64,000 nucleotides of DNA. It comes from Octopus vulgaris. Its lineage: Eukaryota. Position numbers and translations under genes: made by a program. The notes below the pieces were generated by a model. The model was not told where the DNA came from. It was given only the letters and a program-made list of their open reading frames with translations, and made no database searches. Positions 1 through 12,062 of the stretch are shown here, piece by piece. The stretch lies in assembly GCA_951406725.2 (NCBI GenBank), contig OX597833.1, forward strand, positions 47,802,001 to 47,866,000, in the 5' to 3' direction. Every line of letters begins with the position of its first letter. Within the stretch, counting starts at the first letter, position 1.

Positions 1-107
1 GGCTATAGTTTCCGTCAACACCAATATATCTATTCTGACATTACCCAGCATGATAGTTGAAATGGTCACTACACAAATAAATACACACACATTAGACACA
101 ATATATA

Positions 108-301
108 TAGGGTTGGCCAAAAGTCACCGGACAGTAAATCTAAATTCCATAAATATTATCTGTAATTCTGTACTGACTCGAATGGGAACATGATGGTTCA
201 TATTTAGATGCTTTTATTAAATTCATTCAGTTGTTAAACATAAATAGATCTTGGAATTAAATGGTTTTGATTTACTGTCAGTTGACTTTTGGTCAACCCT
301 G
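108..301. mobile_element. Tc1/mariner-type MITE
   Basis: TIR (c/t)AGGGTTG(G/A)CCAAAAGTCA with subterminal inverted gacagtaaatc; TA flanks. Confidence 0.75.
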
Positions 302-742
302 TATATATATATATATATTGTTTAAAGTCCATCTTCCATGCATGTATGGGCAGGATGGTTGACAGGAGCCAGCCAGTTACAAAATCTGCCCATGGCTACT
401 GTGACTGTTTTGGCAGGGACTTTACGGCTGGATGCTCTTCCTGACATCAACCACTCTGCAGAGTAGACTCAGTGCTTTCTACGTGGCACTAGCACAGGCG
501 AAGTTAGTTTGGGCAAGATTTTTACAGCTGGATGCTTTTCCAGATGCCAACCATGTTACAGTGTAGACTGGATGCTTTTAATGTGGCACCAGCACTGACA
601 GGGTAACCAAGTAGCTCACAAGAAAAGGAATTATGAGAGGGGAAGGCCATTTGTGCCAGTAGATGAAGGTTAGAGTGTGACAAAGTGACAGAAAAACAGA
701 AGCAGGTGTTTTGCCACAACAGAGGGGGCGTTAGTGGAGATT

Positions 743-787
<45 letters not shown>

Positions 788-941
788 CTGAAAAGTAGAG
801 TAAAATGAAAATGCAAACCCTAGGCAGTCAACCAAATTCCCAAACGCATAAATGAAGATATTCAATCAATGTAATTGAAACATATATATTTATACACATC
901 AACATAAATCATGCAGGTATAGGCGTACTTTCTATAACACA

Positions 942-1012
<71 letters not shown>

Positions 1013-1307
1013 TTAAAAACAAAAAAACATATCTAGTGAAAGCAGGATGCTAGTTTTCTTCGCTACCATTTTTAATATTTTTAAAATGTACTTGTTGAAC
1101 TTAATCAATGGTTGTATAATATCTGCATTAAAATTCCAATTACTTATGATTACTATTAATCAGATATTTTTTGTTAAATTTTTATATATTTCTCATTGTT
1201 TTCAAGGTTAAATAACCAGTTTAGACAAAGTTTGTGCCCTTGAAATTCTTCAACAAGTTGATAATTGTATTTGGGGGGAGGGGGGGTTAAATAGAAAAAT
1301 AAAATAC

Positions 1308-1423
1308 CTCAGGATCAAGATCAGAAGTTTTCCAGCAGAGTACACATGTTCGAAAGTCTTCACAAACTTCCACAGCAGTAGAACCTTCCTCCGACTCATT
1401 ATCTTTGTTGTTATGAGATAAAG
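1308..1423 (-). CDS. KMT2A: KMT2A exon 19 (start of extended PHD zinc knuckle); gene continues beyond the window
   Basis: Encodes ...VCEDFRTCVLCWKTSDLDPE (MLL1 EDNRQCALCLTYGDDSAN). ttccag| acceptor, GAG|gtattt donor. Confidence 0.9.
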
Positions 1424-1548
1424 CTGGAACAGAGAAAAGATCAAAAATAAATCATGGAAAAATGCATTTAAAATCATTTCGAAACTAGAAGGGGTGGAAA
1501 AAAGTAACATCAGTAGAAGAAGAAATTTTTTTTTTTTAAACTACTTAC

Positions 1549-1694
1549 AAAATGAACCTGGTTTTTTATGAGGTGTTGTACAAGTTTTCCTGAGAGGGAA
1601 ATCATGAGTAGAATAAGGTTGAAATGGTCTTATCATCCACTGGGCATATGTATGATCTCCTGAAGGTGGTAGAACAGCATTTGGTAACATATCC
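1549..1694 (-). CDS. KMT2A: KMT2A exon 18
   Basis: Encodes DMLPNAVLPPSGDHTYAQW (MLL1 GMLPNAVLPPSLDHNYAQW). Canonical splice sites. Confidence 0.94.
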
Positions 1695-1917
1695 CTAAAA
1701 AAAAATATACCAGTTATCAATGTTTTTTTCAAAAATAAATTTGTAATGTGTCATTTCTGTAATATGAATGAAATATGATTTACACTGACAATATAACTTT
1801 TTTTTACCATAGTTTACAACCTAATTATGAGTTTACTACCTTCTTATCCAGTTCTTAAACTCATGTCTAAAAATCATATGCTAACTGAAAATGGAATTTT
1901 AATAGAAAAGAATATTC

Positions 1918-2337
1918 GGATCTTTTCGGTTTGAACGGCAGTTTTTAAAAATAATTTCCATGTAACTAAACACTTTTAAACTTCGTATACTGGTAGAATG
2001 TGTTTACAAAACATCTTTTTCTCTTGGCTTTATTGAGAAAATTCTATAGTTTGTAAGATATTTGTTGTTGTTTTTTTCTTCAATTTCTGCAATTTTAACC
2101 AATCAATGACGTCTATTGGGGTGAAAACATTCTGTGCCGTATGAATATATCCCTTGTTTAAGAAACGGATTGGGTTTATTTACATTTGAGAAGAGAAAAA
2201 GATACCCTTTTCCCCACCCCTAACCTCAACACTAAAACAGATTGAAATGCAATAGATCAATACTGGGGTCATGATTATGGGTGACAATTTCATATGACAC
2301 CGCTAGAAAAAAACTGCCGTTCAAACCGAAAAGATCT
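1918..2337. mobile_element. MITE with ~29-bp TIRs and 8-bp TSD (Merlin-like)
   Basis: TIR GGATCTTTTCGGTTTGAACGGCAGTTTTT. TSD GAATATTC at 1910-1917 and 2338-2345. Confidence 0.85.
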
Positions 2338-3525
2338 GAATATTCTACTAACATCTTGAAAAAGAATCCAAACATGAATTAAAAGTGAGTTTAAAAAAAA
2401 GAAAAATTCAATGGTATGTACCAATTTCAATAGTATTGTGGCTGTGAAATACAAAGTTCAAATCTTGCTACAGTTTTCAGTCTTTGCACAGCACCCTTGC
2501 ACTTTTAATGCATCAGACATTTCAAAAATAGGTCCTACACTCATTTCACATTTCTTCATTTGCATAAAAGTATACAAATGTGAAAATCATGAGGCAGATG
2601 TTAGTACAAGGTAATATTTTCCTTTAGCTCAGAATCTTAAAACTTTTGACAATTTCATTTTTTTTTAAATTGGTATTTCTATGTAAAATAAATTCTTAAA
2701 ATGTTTTAAAAATCTATTTTTCATGATTAAAATCATCTTTAAATTAATCGTACAAACTGAAGAAAGCTTACAATTTGCATATGATAAATAGTGAAAATTT
2801 CTTCTGGTAGGAAGCACATGCACTTACACACATGACAATAACTTCCACCTACCAAATTCAATCACAAGACTTCAGCCAGCCCAAGGCTATAGCAGAAGAC
2901 ACTTGTCCAAGGTACCACCCAGTGGGACTGAACCTGAAACCATGTCACTAGGAAGCAAGTTTCTTAACCACATAGCCATGGAAATTTTACACCATTATCT
3001 TCACACCATGTGGTTTTGGGGCTTCATCTCACTGTGTGGAATGTCCAGCAAGGTGGCTTTTTTTTTTTTTTTTACTATAGCCCTAAGTTGCTCAATACCT
3101 TGCAAAAGCCTACTGTATTCTTGCATGGTGCATGTGTGTGTGTTTACATTTGCACTTCTGAAATCTGCTGAACTATATATGCAGTGATGTTGTCATTTTC
3201 TCCCACCAACAAATCATAGATTGGCCTTGTACTTTCAAAGATGTATAAATAAGAGATGCCTTTCTTGAAAAACAAGTAAGGGTTAGCAAGAGGAAGTACA
3301 TCTGACTGTAACACAATGCCTCAATAATAAATGCAACCATGCTAGGCTAGCATGGAAAGACAAAAAAAAATGAATGAATAAAATATCAAAATAATGGTAC
3401 AACAAAGCTATATTTAAAATATCAATAATAACAGTCTGATACTACAAGCAAAAGAATTTTAAAATAAGCTTCTTGTTGAAAATCCATAAATTATAAAGAG
3501 TAAAATATTCCAAAAGACTACTTAC

Positions 3526-3599
3526 ACAGGCAGATTTTTATGATGATTCCATAATGCACAAACCTTGACATTGAACCAGGGAAAATATTTCTCCATTTG
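3526..3599 (-). CDS. KMT2A: KMT2A exon 17
   Basis: Encodes QMEKYFPWFNVKVCALWNHHKNLP (MLL1 QMERVFPWFSVK). Canonical splice sites. Confidence 0.93.
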
Positions 3600-3985
3600 C
3601 TGAGAGAAAAAGAAACATTATACTTCATGAATTTAGCAACAAATTTTTTTTTTACAAATATATTAAGTAAAGAAATAGCTGTGCTTCTAATTAGTCTATG
3701 TGAGGCCTTATTATTAAAACACTATCGCTCTTGTTACAGTATTTGGTTTTGAATTAATTTTGAAAATAATAAAAGACTTATTAAAACAACTTTAGTTTTT
3801 ATTAACCAGATGTTTGGAACATAAATGGAAGGTTTAAATTTCAATTTTTTTAAAACAAGGAATTTACATCATAGAACCAAGGGTGGTTTCAGACAGGCTA
3901 GACTCAAAAAGGCTTATTACAATAAATTTTGAAAGCAAGTAAAGCATTGAGTGAAAAACAAACAGTCGGAATGACTTAATCCCAC

Positions 3986-4099
3986 CTTGATGAAGATCGA
4001 CCGCACGGAGTTGTTAGCTCTTTTCCGACTCACAGTTTGATCAGCACTGTCACTTAGAGCTGTTTGTATGATCCTCACCATATCTTCATTGAACTGGTG
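3986..4099 (-). CDS. KMT2A: KMT2A exon 16 (atypical bromodomain)
   Basis: Encodes HQFNEDMVRIIQTALSDSADQTVSRKRANNSVRSIFIK (MLL1 LEFSDDIVKIIQAAINSD...KKANSMVKSFFIR). Confidence 0.93.
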
Positions 4100-4637
4100 C
4101 TGTTAATAAAAGAAAAACAGAAGTTTGCAAGTAATATTATTAAACCAATCGGATTTCATTAAGTTCATCATTGTAAAAGTGGTGAGCTGGCAGAATTGTT
4201 AGCATACTGGACAAAACGCTTAACATTTCTTTTGGCTTTACATTCTGAGTTCAAATTCTGCCATGATCGGCTTTGCTTTTTCATTCTTTGAAGGTTCATA
4301 AAATAAGATCCAGTCAATTACTGGTGTCGATGAAATCAACTAGCCCCCTTCTTCAACACTTCAGGCTTTGTGCCTGTAGTACAAAGAATTGAATCTAACG
4401 TTTTTTGGGGTTTTTTTGTTTTAAGGAAAGCAAATATCTAATCTTAAATATAATAATTTTGCTGTTAATAGTTAATTTGTTGATGAGAAACCCAAAAACA
4501 TTGTATTTTAGAGCATCCTATTCTCCTCTTCTATGAAAGACAGTCTTCTTTTCATTACTAGTCTCATATGAGAAAGAGAAAGCGAGAGATGCTTTTTTTG
4601 CAGGACACTGGTGGAAAACCAAGCAAGAACTCATTAA

Positions 4638-5048
4638 CCCTTTCATTACCAACCCGGCTGAAACCAACTCTGTCTCTGAGTACAAATGTCTTGTTTTCAT
4701 AAGTTTTGAATTAAAATTTTCCACCAAACCTTAGTCACAATTTATGTTCCTAACACTAGCTAAATGATAACCAAGCTATTTTACTAAATTCTTTGTTATC
4801 ATCATCATCATCATTTAGCATCCGTTTTCCATGCTAGCATGGGTTGGATGGTTCAACTGGGGTCTGTGAAGCCGGAAGGCTTCATCAGGCCCAGTCAGAT
4901 CTGGCAGTGTTTCTACGGCTGGATGCCCTTCCTAACGCCAACCACTCCGTGAGTGTAGTGGGTGCTTTTTACATGCCACTTGCACAGGTGCCAGACAGAG
5001 CATTGAAAAAACACAGAGCATCTCAAAATAAATACAGTAACGAAAGGG
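4638..5048 (+). mobile_element. piggyBac-type MITE family A with nested RTE 3' fragment
   Basis: TTAA TSDs at 4634 and 5049, CCCTTTC/GAAAGGG termini, body matches 16606-16825. Confidence 0.85.
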
Positions 5049-5326
5049 TTAATGATATACTCCTATAGACAATCTGACATGGATATACACAGGTTGGCTG
5101 TCCAGCAAAAACTTTCATTGACCACCTCTGTACAGACTGGGTGTAGCTCTTTTGAGTTCAGGAACACATTGTGGGATCATGATGGGCAGCATAACTGAGT
5201 TGGGCAAATCCAAGAAAACTTGACTAGATGATGACAAATTTGTTTTGATATCTTTGATAAAAAAAATTTTTTTTTTTTTTAAGATTTCAAAATTCAAATG
5301 ACAAAATGGAAATAAAATATACTTAC

Positions 5327-7351
5327 AACACTCTGATAGTGAAGTTTATTTATTTTTTCAATAACATCATGGAAATTCTTGGGATATTCCTTCACTTTTT
5401 CTGCTTTAAGTGCTAGCTCAGGAATACACTTAAGATTACCATCATCTGAAGTGTAGAGAGATTTATTCTTGCGAGCTTCGGAGAAGAGTTTCTGCCTTTC
5501 TTTTTGAAGAGAAGTAGCAACATCTTTGTAATTAAAGTTTGACACATCATCAGAATCTTCAGACGCTGAATCTGTTGTACTATCCTCTGATGGTACAGGA
5601 GAAGGACAGTTTGTAGTTTGTAATGAGCTTTGGGCTGTTGAAATACTGTTTGTGGAAGGCGTTTGTGTGGATGAAGAAGTCGAATGAGCTGTGGAAACAG
5701 GTGTTGCTAAACATTTAGAACTGTTATTAAAATCAATTTCTTCATCTTCTTCAATTATTGTGTTCAATTTAGAAGTCTCATGTGTAGTTTTGTTTTTTTT
5801 ATTTTTTTGATTCGTACTAAGATTATCTTTAAATAGCTTATCTGAAGATTTTGTACTCTTAAGATTGTTAGTGTCTTGGTGTGTGTTCAGGTTGTGGGTG
5901 GGAGAAGAGAAAACAGGAGATTTATTAATTACTGTGCTAACTGCTGTAGAAGGCAATGATTTTGTTGTATCACTGGATTTAGTTACACTGCTAATACAAG
6001 AGGTAATGCTAGCTGTTGTTGAAGTGGTGTTGTTAGATGGAACAGTGCCAGGAAACTTTGAAGTTGCCGATCCAGTAATATTAGCTGTTGAAGAAACAGT
6101 ACTTATAAAGCTACTCCCATAAGATACCGAACTCAACACATTTGCGCTACCAACCATAGACGTCCCAACAGTTGATGATGTCGTGCATGAAGTTGTAACG
6201 TTCGTACAAATCTGAGTTGCATCATTTGCAGTTTCAGTTGCCAGTGGCTGTGACAAGGAAACCTCAGTCGAAGTAGTAGTTTTGGGGATGACACCGGACG
6301 GTGCGTTATTGTTGGGGTTGTTAAAACTACTACTACAAGTTGTTACGCTGCTTACAAGTGATCCATGAGGAGACTGAGCCTTTGTATCACTAAAACATGA
6401 TACGATATTAGGCGTCATAATAGTGCCGTTTATAGCTGAAACTGTACTAACTGAACTACTGGAACATACAGTACTTACTGAGGGAACTTTAGGACTATTC
6501 CCATATGAAATTGCTTTAGGTGAAAACCCTGAAATATTACACGATTCACTTGTCTGTATACTATTGCTAGGATTTAAATTAGTATTAGTCGGAGGAGACT
6601 GTGTTATTAATGTATTTGCAATAGAAGAACTTTTAGCGCTCACTGTATTATTAGATGAAACTGTAGTGGTTGGAACTTTAGTAGTGCTAGTAATACTGAT
6701 ACCGTGACTCCTATTACTAATATTCCTCCTAAAGAAACCAGCAGGTGACATTGGTCCCATTACGAAGCGACAAGCACCGCCTGTCTTTGGGAGACTGACA
6801 GCAGTAGTTTTAGGAACAGAACTATCAATAGCTTTTGTTTCTGAATCTTTTGGAGAATTGGTCTGAAGAGAAGAATTATTTGGAGGAGATGTAACATTAG
6901 AAATAACTTCTGAATTTTTGTTAAAACTCTCCAGGAGGCATTTCCTAGATGTGCTATAACTGCAGATGGAGTTGTTGAGTTTGTCACTAGAGTGAGTTTG
7001 TGAGCTATCACAGATTTGAGATGAAGATATTGAAGTGGCAACCTTGTTGGTGGATGAGTAAGTTGTTACAGCTTCAGACTTAATCAATTTATCACAGCCA
7101 GAGACTGAAGAAAAGACAGGAGAAGTGTTTGGAGAGCCAACAACTGTTTTAGTACAAACAATTGAAGAGCTCTTAGAGCGAGGGCTTGTATGAGGAACTT
7201 TAAAGACAGGTGCATTGTGACATGGTGAAGGGTCACTTTTACAGTGAGGCAAACCTAGGGAAAGAGAAGTTACTGCGGAGTCATCTTGAGAAGAATCATG
7301 ATCATCATCACCACAAGTGTTTACTTTGCAATTCTTTGGTTTATTTTTTTT
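5327..7351 (-). CDS. KMT2A: KMT2A exon 15 (675 codons, Ser/Thr-rich insert plus resumption of bromodomain)
   Basis: tttcag| acceptor in frame with the 652-aa ORF. Ends YPKNFHDVIEKINKLHYQSV|gtaagt (MLL1 DLEGVKRKMDQGNYTSV). Confidence 0.88.
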
Positions 7352-7643
7352 CTGAAATTTAAAAGAAAATATTTTTTTAAAATTAAATTAACAGCAACTA
7401 AATAAGTAATTGTTAAAAATGTATTAATTATAAAATAACACACAAGTTATAATAAATCTCTGAACGAGATGTAAACAGTAACCGCTCGACAACGTAAAGT
7501 ATACTAGCCATCTCAATATGGCTAACCACTAAGGGTGGGTGTTACTGTAAATTTTAGCCCCAGGAGATCATCGTCTCCAGCTGGCTTTAGGCACACTTTC
7601 AAGTTAATATGGTTAAAATTTTTCCAATATAACTAAGACGTAC

Positions 7644-7855
7644 CTTTAATTTTTCTATTCCTTGCTTGGCAGCCATCGGTCCTAAAAGATGTTGTGCACA
7701 TTTAGAATGTTGCAAAGCAAGCATGACTCGTTTAAAGCCATGCTGCATTGTTTCTTGTATGATGCACTCCCACTCAGCAGGAGATTTTTCCGAACAAAGT
7801 GAACAAATATATTGCACATCTTCTGGCAGGTGTGAAAACATCATATACAGCTCGT
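7644..7855 (-). CDS. KMT2A: KMT2A exon 14 (end of PHD3, first helix of atypical bromodomain)
   Basis: Encodes DELYMMFSHLPEDVQYICSLC...AEWECIIQETMQHGFKRVMLALQHSKCAQHLL. AAG|gtacgt donor. Confidence 0.92.
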
Positions 7856-8133
7856 CTAATAAAAGAGTGAAAAATTAAGTTTTTTAGATAAATGAATAAG
7901 ATGTGAATAAATGTCTCAAAAAAAAATTTTTTTTTTTTACCAAAGATAAGTGGAATAAAAATATTATTTTCTTTCTCTTCTACTTCTTACTCTTTTTTTA
8001 AAGTATATTTTGACATTATAATAATAATAATTGCCTGGTGTACCCTTATCAGACGGGTAGTCATGATGGGTATATTGGGCTTCGTATATTTTACCCCAGT
8101 GTCACTTTGATGGCATGCACTGCTCTCTCACTC

Positions 8134-8523
8134 AATAATAATAATAATAATAATAATAATGAAATTATTGTATACAGTGCTCAGGTGCACCACATCTTGT
8201 CAAAAAGTGCGTATAAAGTATATGCAGTAATGTACAAATGTTTGGAAAGCGAACAGTGTATGGGTCAGATACATGCTTGCGTGTGTATGGAGGGGGAGAA
8301 AATCGGGTGTAGTGTTAGCGAATCTCAGGAAGCATGGAAGTTTTGAAAGATGCAGTGCTCCGACAACTACCAACTGATGCCGGCAGTCTGTTCCATGCTT
8401 CAGCAACTCTTAGTGTGAAAAAACGTTTCCGAAAGTCATGGGAGCTGTGCTGTTTTCTGACTTTGTAAACATATCTACGGGTGTTAGACAGGTGGAGTTT
8501 GAAGAGGTGCTCAGAGTTATTGT
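8134..8523 (-). mobile_element. CR1-clade LINE 3' fragment with (ATT)n tail
   Basis: Minus-strand translation HLFKLHLSNTRRYVYKVRKQHSSHDFRKRFFTLRVAEAWNRLPASVGSCRSTASFKTSML matches the CR1 ORF2 C-terminal pattern (R..FF..RV...WN.LP....S...FK). Confidence 0.8.
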
Positions 8524-8862
8524 TTATATATTAAGTATATATCTATTCAATATGTAACACATTGTGAAAGCTATACATTATAAAAAAACATGAAACCAGT
8601 TACACAAAAGACAAAATGCAATAAAAATCCACTTAGACACAGTCACATAACAAATTCATAACAGTTATAATAATTAAGCAAAATACATTGAAGTATGTTC
8701 TACATGTATGCAGAAACAAATTCTTGGTTTCCTTCATTCAGTGTCATTTTTAATATTAGTTTGGATATTTCATGATTATTTAACAAATGGAGGTGCAAAT
8801 GCACTTAAAACATAGCTCTTAACTGTTCAAATTTACTTCATCCAATATAAATTACTGCATAC

Positions 8863-8976
8863 CTGTGAGTCCAGCACACTTAGAATGCACCCAGCTGTCA
8901 CAAGAAGAGCACTGCACCATCTTAGAATCCCAGTCATCATCTGTATAGCATTTACGGCAAATCGGACAATAGTTTC
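8863..8976 (-). CDS. KMT2A: KMT2A exon 13 (PHD3, H3K4me reader)
   Basis: Encodes GNYCPICRKCYTDDDWDSKMVQCSSCDSWVHSKCAGLT. Canonical splice sites, phase 1/1. Confidence 0.96.
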
Positions 8977-9214
8977 CTGTTGAAGAAACAAAAATAATAT
9001 ATAACCAAAATAAAGCACTGGAACAGTAATGCGTGGATAAATTATAAATAAGTTCATAAACATATGTTTAATAGACACGCATTTAACCTCACTATATGAA
9101 CAGACATTGTGGTTAAACAAGACCAGTGTTCTCAACTGTATTAGAAATCAGAAATCCTAAAATATTGTTTGTTTCTCATTATGCTTATACTATAGAAATG
9201 TACAATAATATTAC

Positions 9215-9335
9215 CTTTGTCCATTAATTTGCCACATTCATAACAGAGGGAGAAGTCGTGCATCCACGTAGCATTGCCCGAGTTGCCAGGGGTCGTTGCT
9301 CCACAGCTCTTACACCGGACACACTTCGTACAGAT
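9215..9335 (-). CDS. KMT2A: KMT2A exon 12 (PHD2-PHD3 zinc knuckle)
   Basis: Encodes ICTKCVRCKSCGATTPGNSGNATWMHDFSLCYECGKLMDK. Canonical splice sites. Confidence 0.96.
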
Positions 9336-9733
9336 CTGCCAAAACAAATAGGATAACAAAATAAACGTTATTTTTAAACAGTATACATTATTTCTGATGG
9401 TACTTTTCTTTTCTTACATTTCATTTTATTTTACCAATTGACAAGATGGTTCTGAAAAACCTACATTTGTCTCTAAATTGTTGAAGCACACAACAAAATG
9501 CCCTTTTAACAACTAGCCACACTAGTCAAGTGGTAGTAGTAATATCTTTGTTGAGTGTGAGTTAGGGTTAAACAAATAATGCATTCTGCTTTAAGACACA
9601 TTACTCTGAATGCAGTTAAAGTTGCTTCCATTGTTGAACGGTACTTCTTGCTTCTAGCTATTACAGTACAATATACTAACTATATATTTTACTAGTTAAG
9701 TAATGAAACAACAAAAATAATATAAAAGCATTA

Positions 9734-9918
9734 GTGCCGGTGGCACGTAAAAATCACCCACTACATTCACAGAGTGGTTGACGTTAGGAAGGGCATCCAG
9801 CCGTAGAAACATTGCCAGATCAGACTGGGCCTGGTGCAGCCTTCTGGCTTCCCAGACCCCAGTTGAACCGTCCAACCCATGCTAGCATGGAAAGCGGACG
9901 CTAAACGAAGATGATGAT
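9734..9918 (+). mobile_element. RTE LINE 3'-end fragment
   Basis: Homologous to 49855-50047, with GAT tail. Further copies at ~4799-4995(-), 12490-12750(-), 32785-32950(-) and 60457-60735(-); older copies at ~315-620, 13780-14010, 28920-29050, 42800-42930 and 61225-61360. Confidence 0.8.
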
Positions 9919-10787
9919 AGTACTGTAATAGAGAATCATTTTTTTTTCCTTCCTTCTCTTATTTCATGTCACTTTTGGATGATTTGATTAATTATTATTG
10001 TGGGTCCATACAACCAACAATACATACCGAACAATGACTGACTGACAGTCTTAATTCTGAAACAATATATTGCAACTGCAAACTAAGTGAAATATCAAAT
10101 TCCAATCAAACTGACGTCACTTTCTAAATTTTCATTCCATTTTCTTGCCACAGACAAGTACAAAACTAATTTTCCTGATTAAACATCTTAACCCTTTACC
10201 ATTCAAGACTGTCAAATGTAATGCTTATGCAATAATGGTTTCAAAGTTTGGCACAAGGACAACAATTTCAGAGGTAGGGGTAAGTCAATTACATCAACCC
10301 CAGGACTCAACTGGTGCTTATTTTATCGACCCCAAAAAGATGAAAGGCAAAGTTGTCCTTGGTGGAATTTGAACTCAGGATGTAAAGACAGATGATGCGC
10401 CACTAGGCATTTTATTCAGCAAGTAACGATTCTCCTAGCCAGCTGCCTTAGTACTCTATACCAGTATTCTGCAACCTAATTTCACTTGCGGTATACTTAT
10501 ATTCCTTTCAAAATTCGGTGGCACACCTGAACTAAAAATATAACTAAAAGTATAGGGACAAAAGCTATATTCAGGTTATAATGCAGCACACCTAGCATCC
10601 GTCTCAAGTATGCCGTAGCATACCAGTTGTAGAGCACTGCTCTATATGATAATGATAGAGACTATTATGTAAAATGCAACTGAAGGATGAAATTACAGGT
10701 CCTTTGCCATAAGTGTAATAATAATGAGTTATTTAGTAATTTTCAAGGATCGTGTTTTAGATATGAATAGAAGGTTCTAATTCTTAC

Positions 10788-10880
10788 CCATATCTTCTTC
10801 TTCTTGGACGGTTTTGTTGGATAGTTAGGACCGAGGCACTCTGGGTGATAGGTTTCGTGACACTTCTTACACTGCAATAG
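10788..10880 (-). CDS. KMT2A: KMT2A exon 11 (PHD2)
   Basis: Encodes LLQCKKCHETYHPECLGPNYPTKPSKKKKIW, close to the MLL1 motif. Canonical splice sites. Confidence 0.96.
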
Positions 10881-11924
10881 CTGCGATTGAAATATAAATA
10901 TGCAAACGAAATTATTAGAGATACAAGAAAATAAAGTAATGGACAAATACAGAAAATATTTTTTTTTAAGTTTTAAATACAAAAGATCATTGAAGACTAA
11001 ATGATGGAAATATTTGTGAAGTACATGACATGCCAAATCAATCTGAGAAAAAATGTTAAAGCTCAGAAGCAAGTTTTGCTTAACCTGTACATGCCAAAAC
11101 ATCCAAGGTGCATGGTTTAGTGGTTAAGGTGTTGGACTCATGATTGTAAGATTGCGGTCTTGATCCCTGGACCGGTTGACACATTGTGTTCTTGAGCAAA
11201 ACACTTCATTTCATGTCGCTCCAGCCCACTCAGCTGGCAAAAATGAGTAATCCTGCAATGGACCCAGTATCCTGTCCAGGAAACTGGCCCTTATGAGTCA
11301 GCATGACTTGAGACGGTAACCATTTAAAAAAAATTTTTTTTTTAAATACAAAACCATCTAACCATGTGAGGATTGGTAATATTGTTATGTCTATTAAAAT
11401 AGCAGCACAGGTATCTGCACCACTTCCTAACACTGGTAAGGACAGAGAACTTTACAAATATATTCTTTTCAATATTTACAGCAGCAGATAGGTAGAATTG
11501 GCAGAGTATCAGACCTTGTGAAATTTGGTTATGAACTTTTACATTCTAAGTTCAATTCCAACAAGTCGACTTTATTTTAACTTTTTTCAAGGTTGATAAA
11601 ATAATCACCAGAAACAATTATTCATTCATTTAAAATTTTGACAATACTTCCATCTATAATTTGCAGTTATGGTTTCAGATAATTTCAGAATAAATTTAGG
11701 CAAGACCAAATAATTTTGAGACAACTCCATGATAAATTTAGGTTAGAACCCTTTTTCTAAGTGATGTTTAAAACATCATTTTAATATATTAATAAAAAAT
11801 AAAGTTATATATGTTTTATGAAGTCAATCTAAAGTCATGATTATCTGAGAATTTACTTACAACACATAGGGGGAGGTGTATTTTAATAAGAAACATAGTA
11901 ATGAAAGGCTTCACTTGCACTTAC

Positions 11925-12062
11925 ATTGTTTTGTTGACCACATACTTGACAATAGTGGCAGCGATAACAGCACCAGTTGTCAATGTTCTTGTCTGTTGGC
12001 CGCCAATCCTCTTCCAAGCAAAACATATGGAATGGTTCACAGCACAACTGGCAGTACACAAA
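11925..12062 (-). CDS. KMT2A: KMT2A exon 10 (PHD1/PHD2)
   Basis: Encodes FVYCQLCCEPFHMFCLEEDWRPTDKNIDNWCCYRCHYCQVCGQQNN. Canonical splice sites, 138 nt. Confidence 0.95.

Noticed and set aside
5865-7041. ORFs antisense to or out of frame with exon 15 (likewise 33104-35312 over exon 2)
   Set aside because: They are shadows of the long coding exons and have no domain signatures.
9125-10639. hAT-like inverted ends apparently enclosing exon 12
   Set aside because: The right end belongs to a separate small MITE starting at ~10462, the left is an isolated short match, and there is no TSD.
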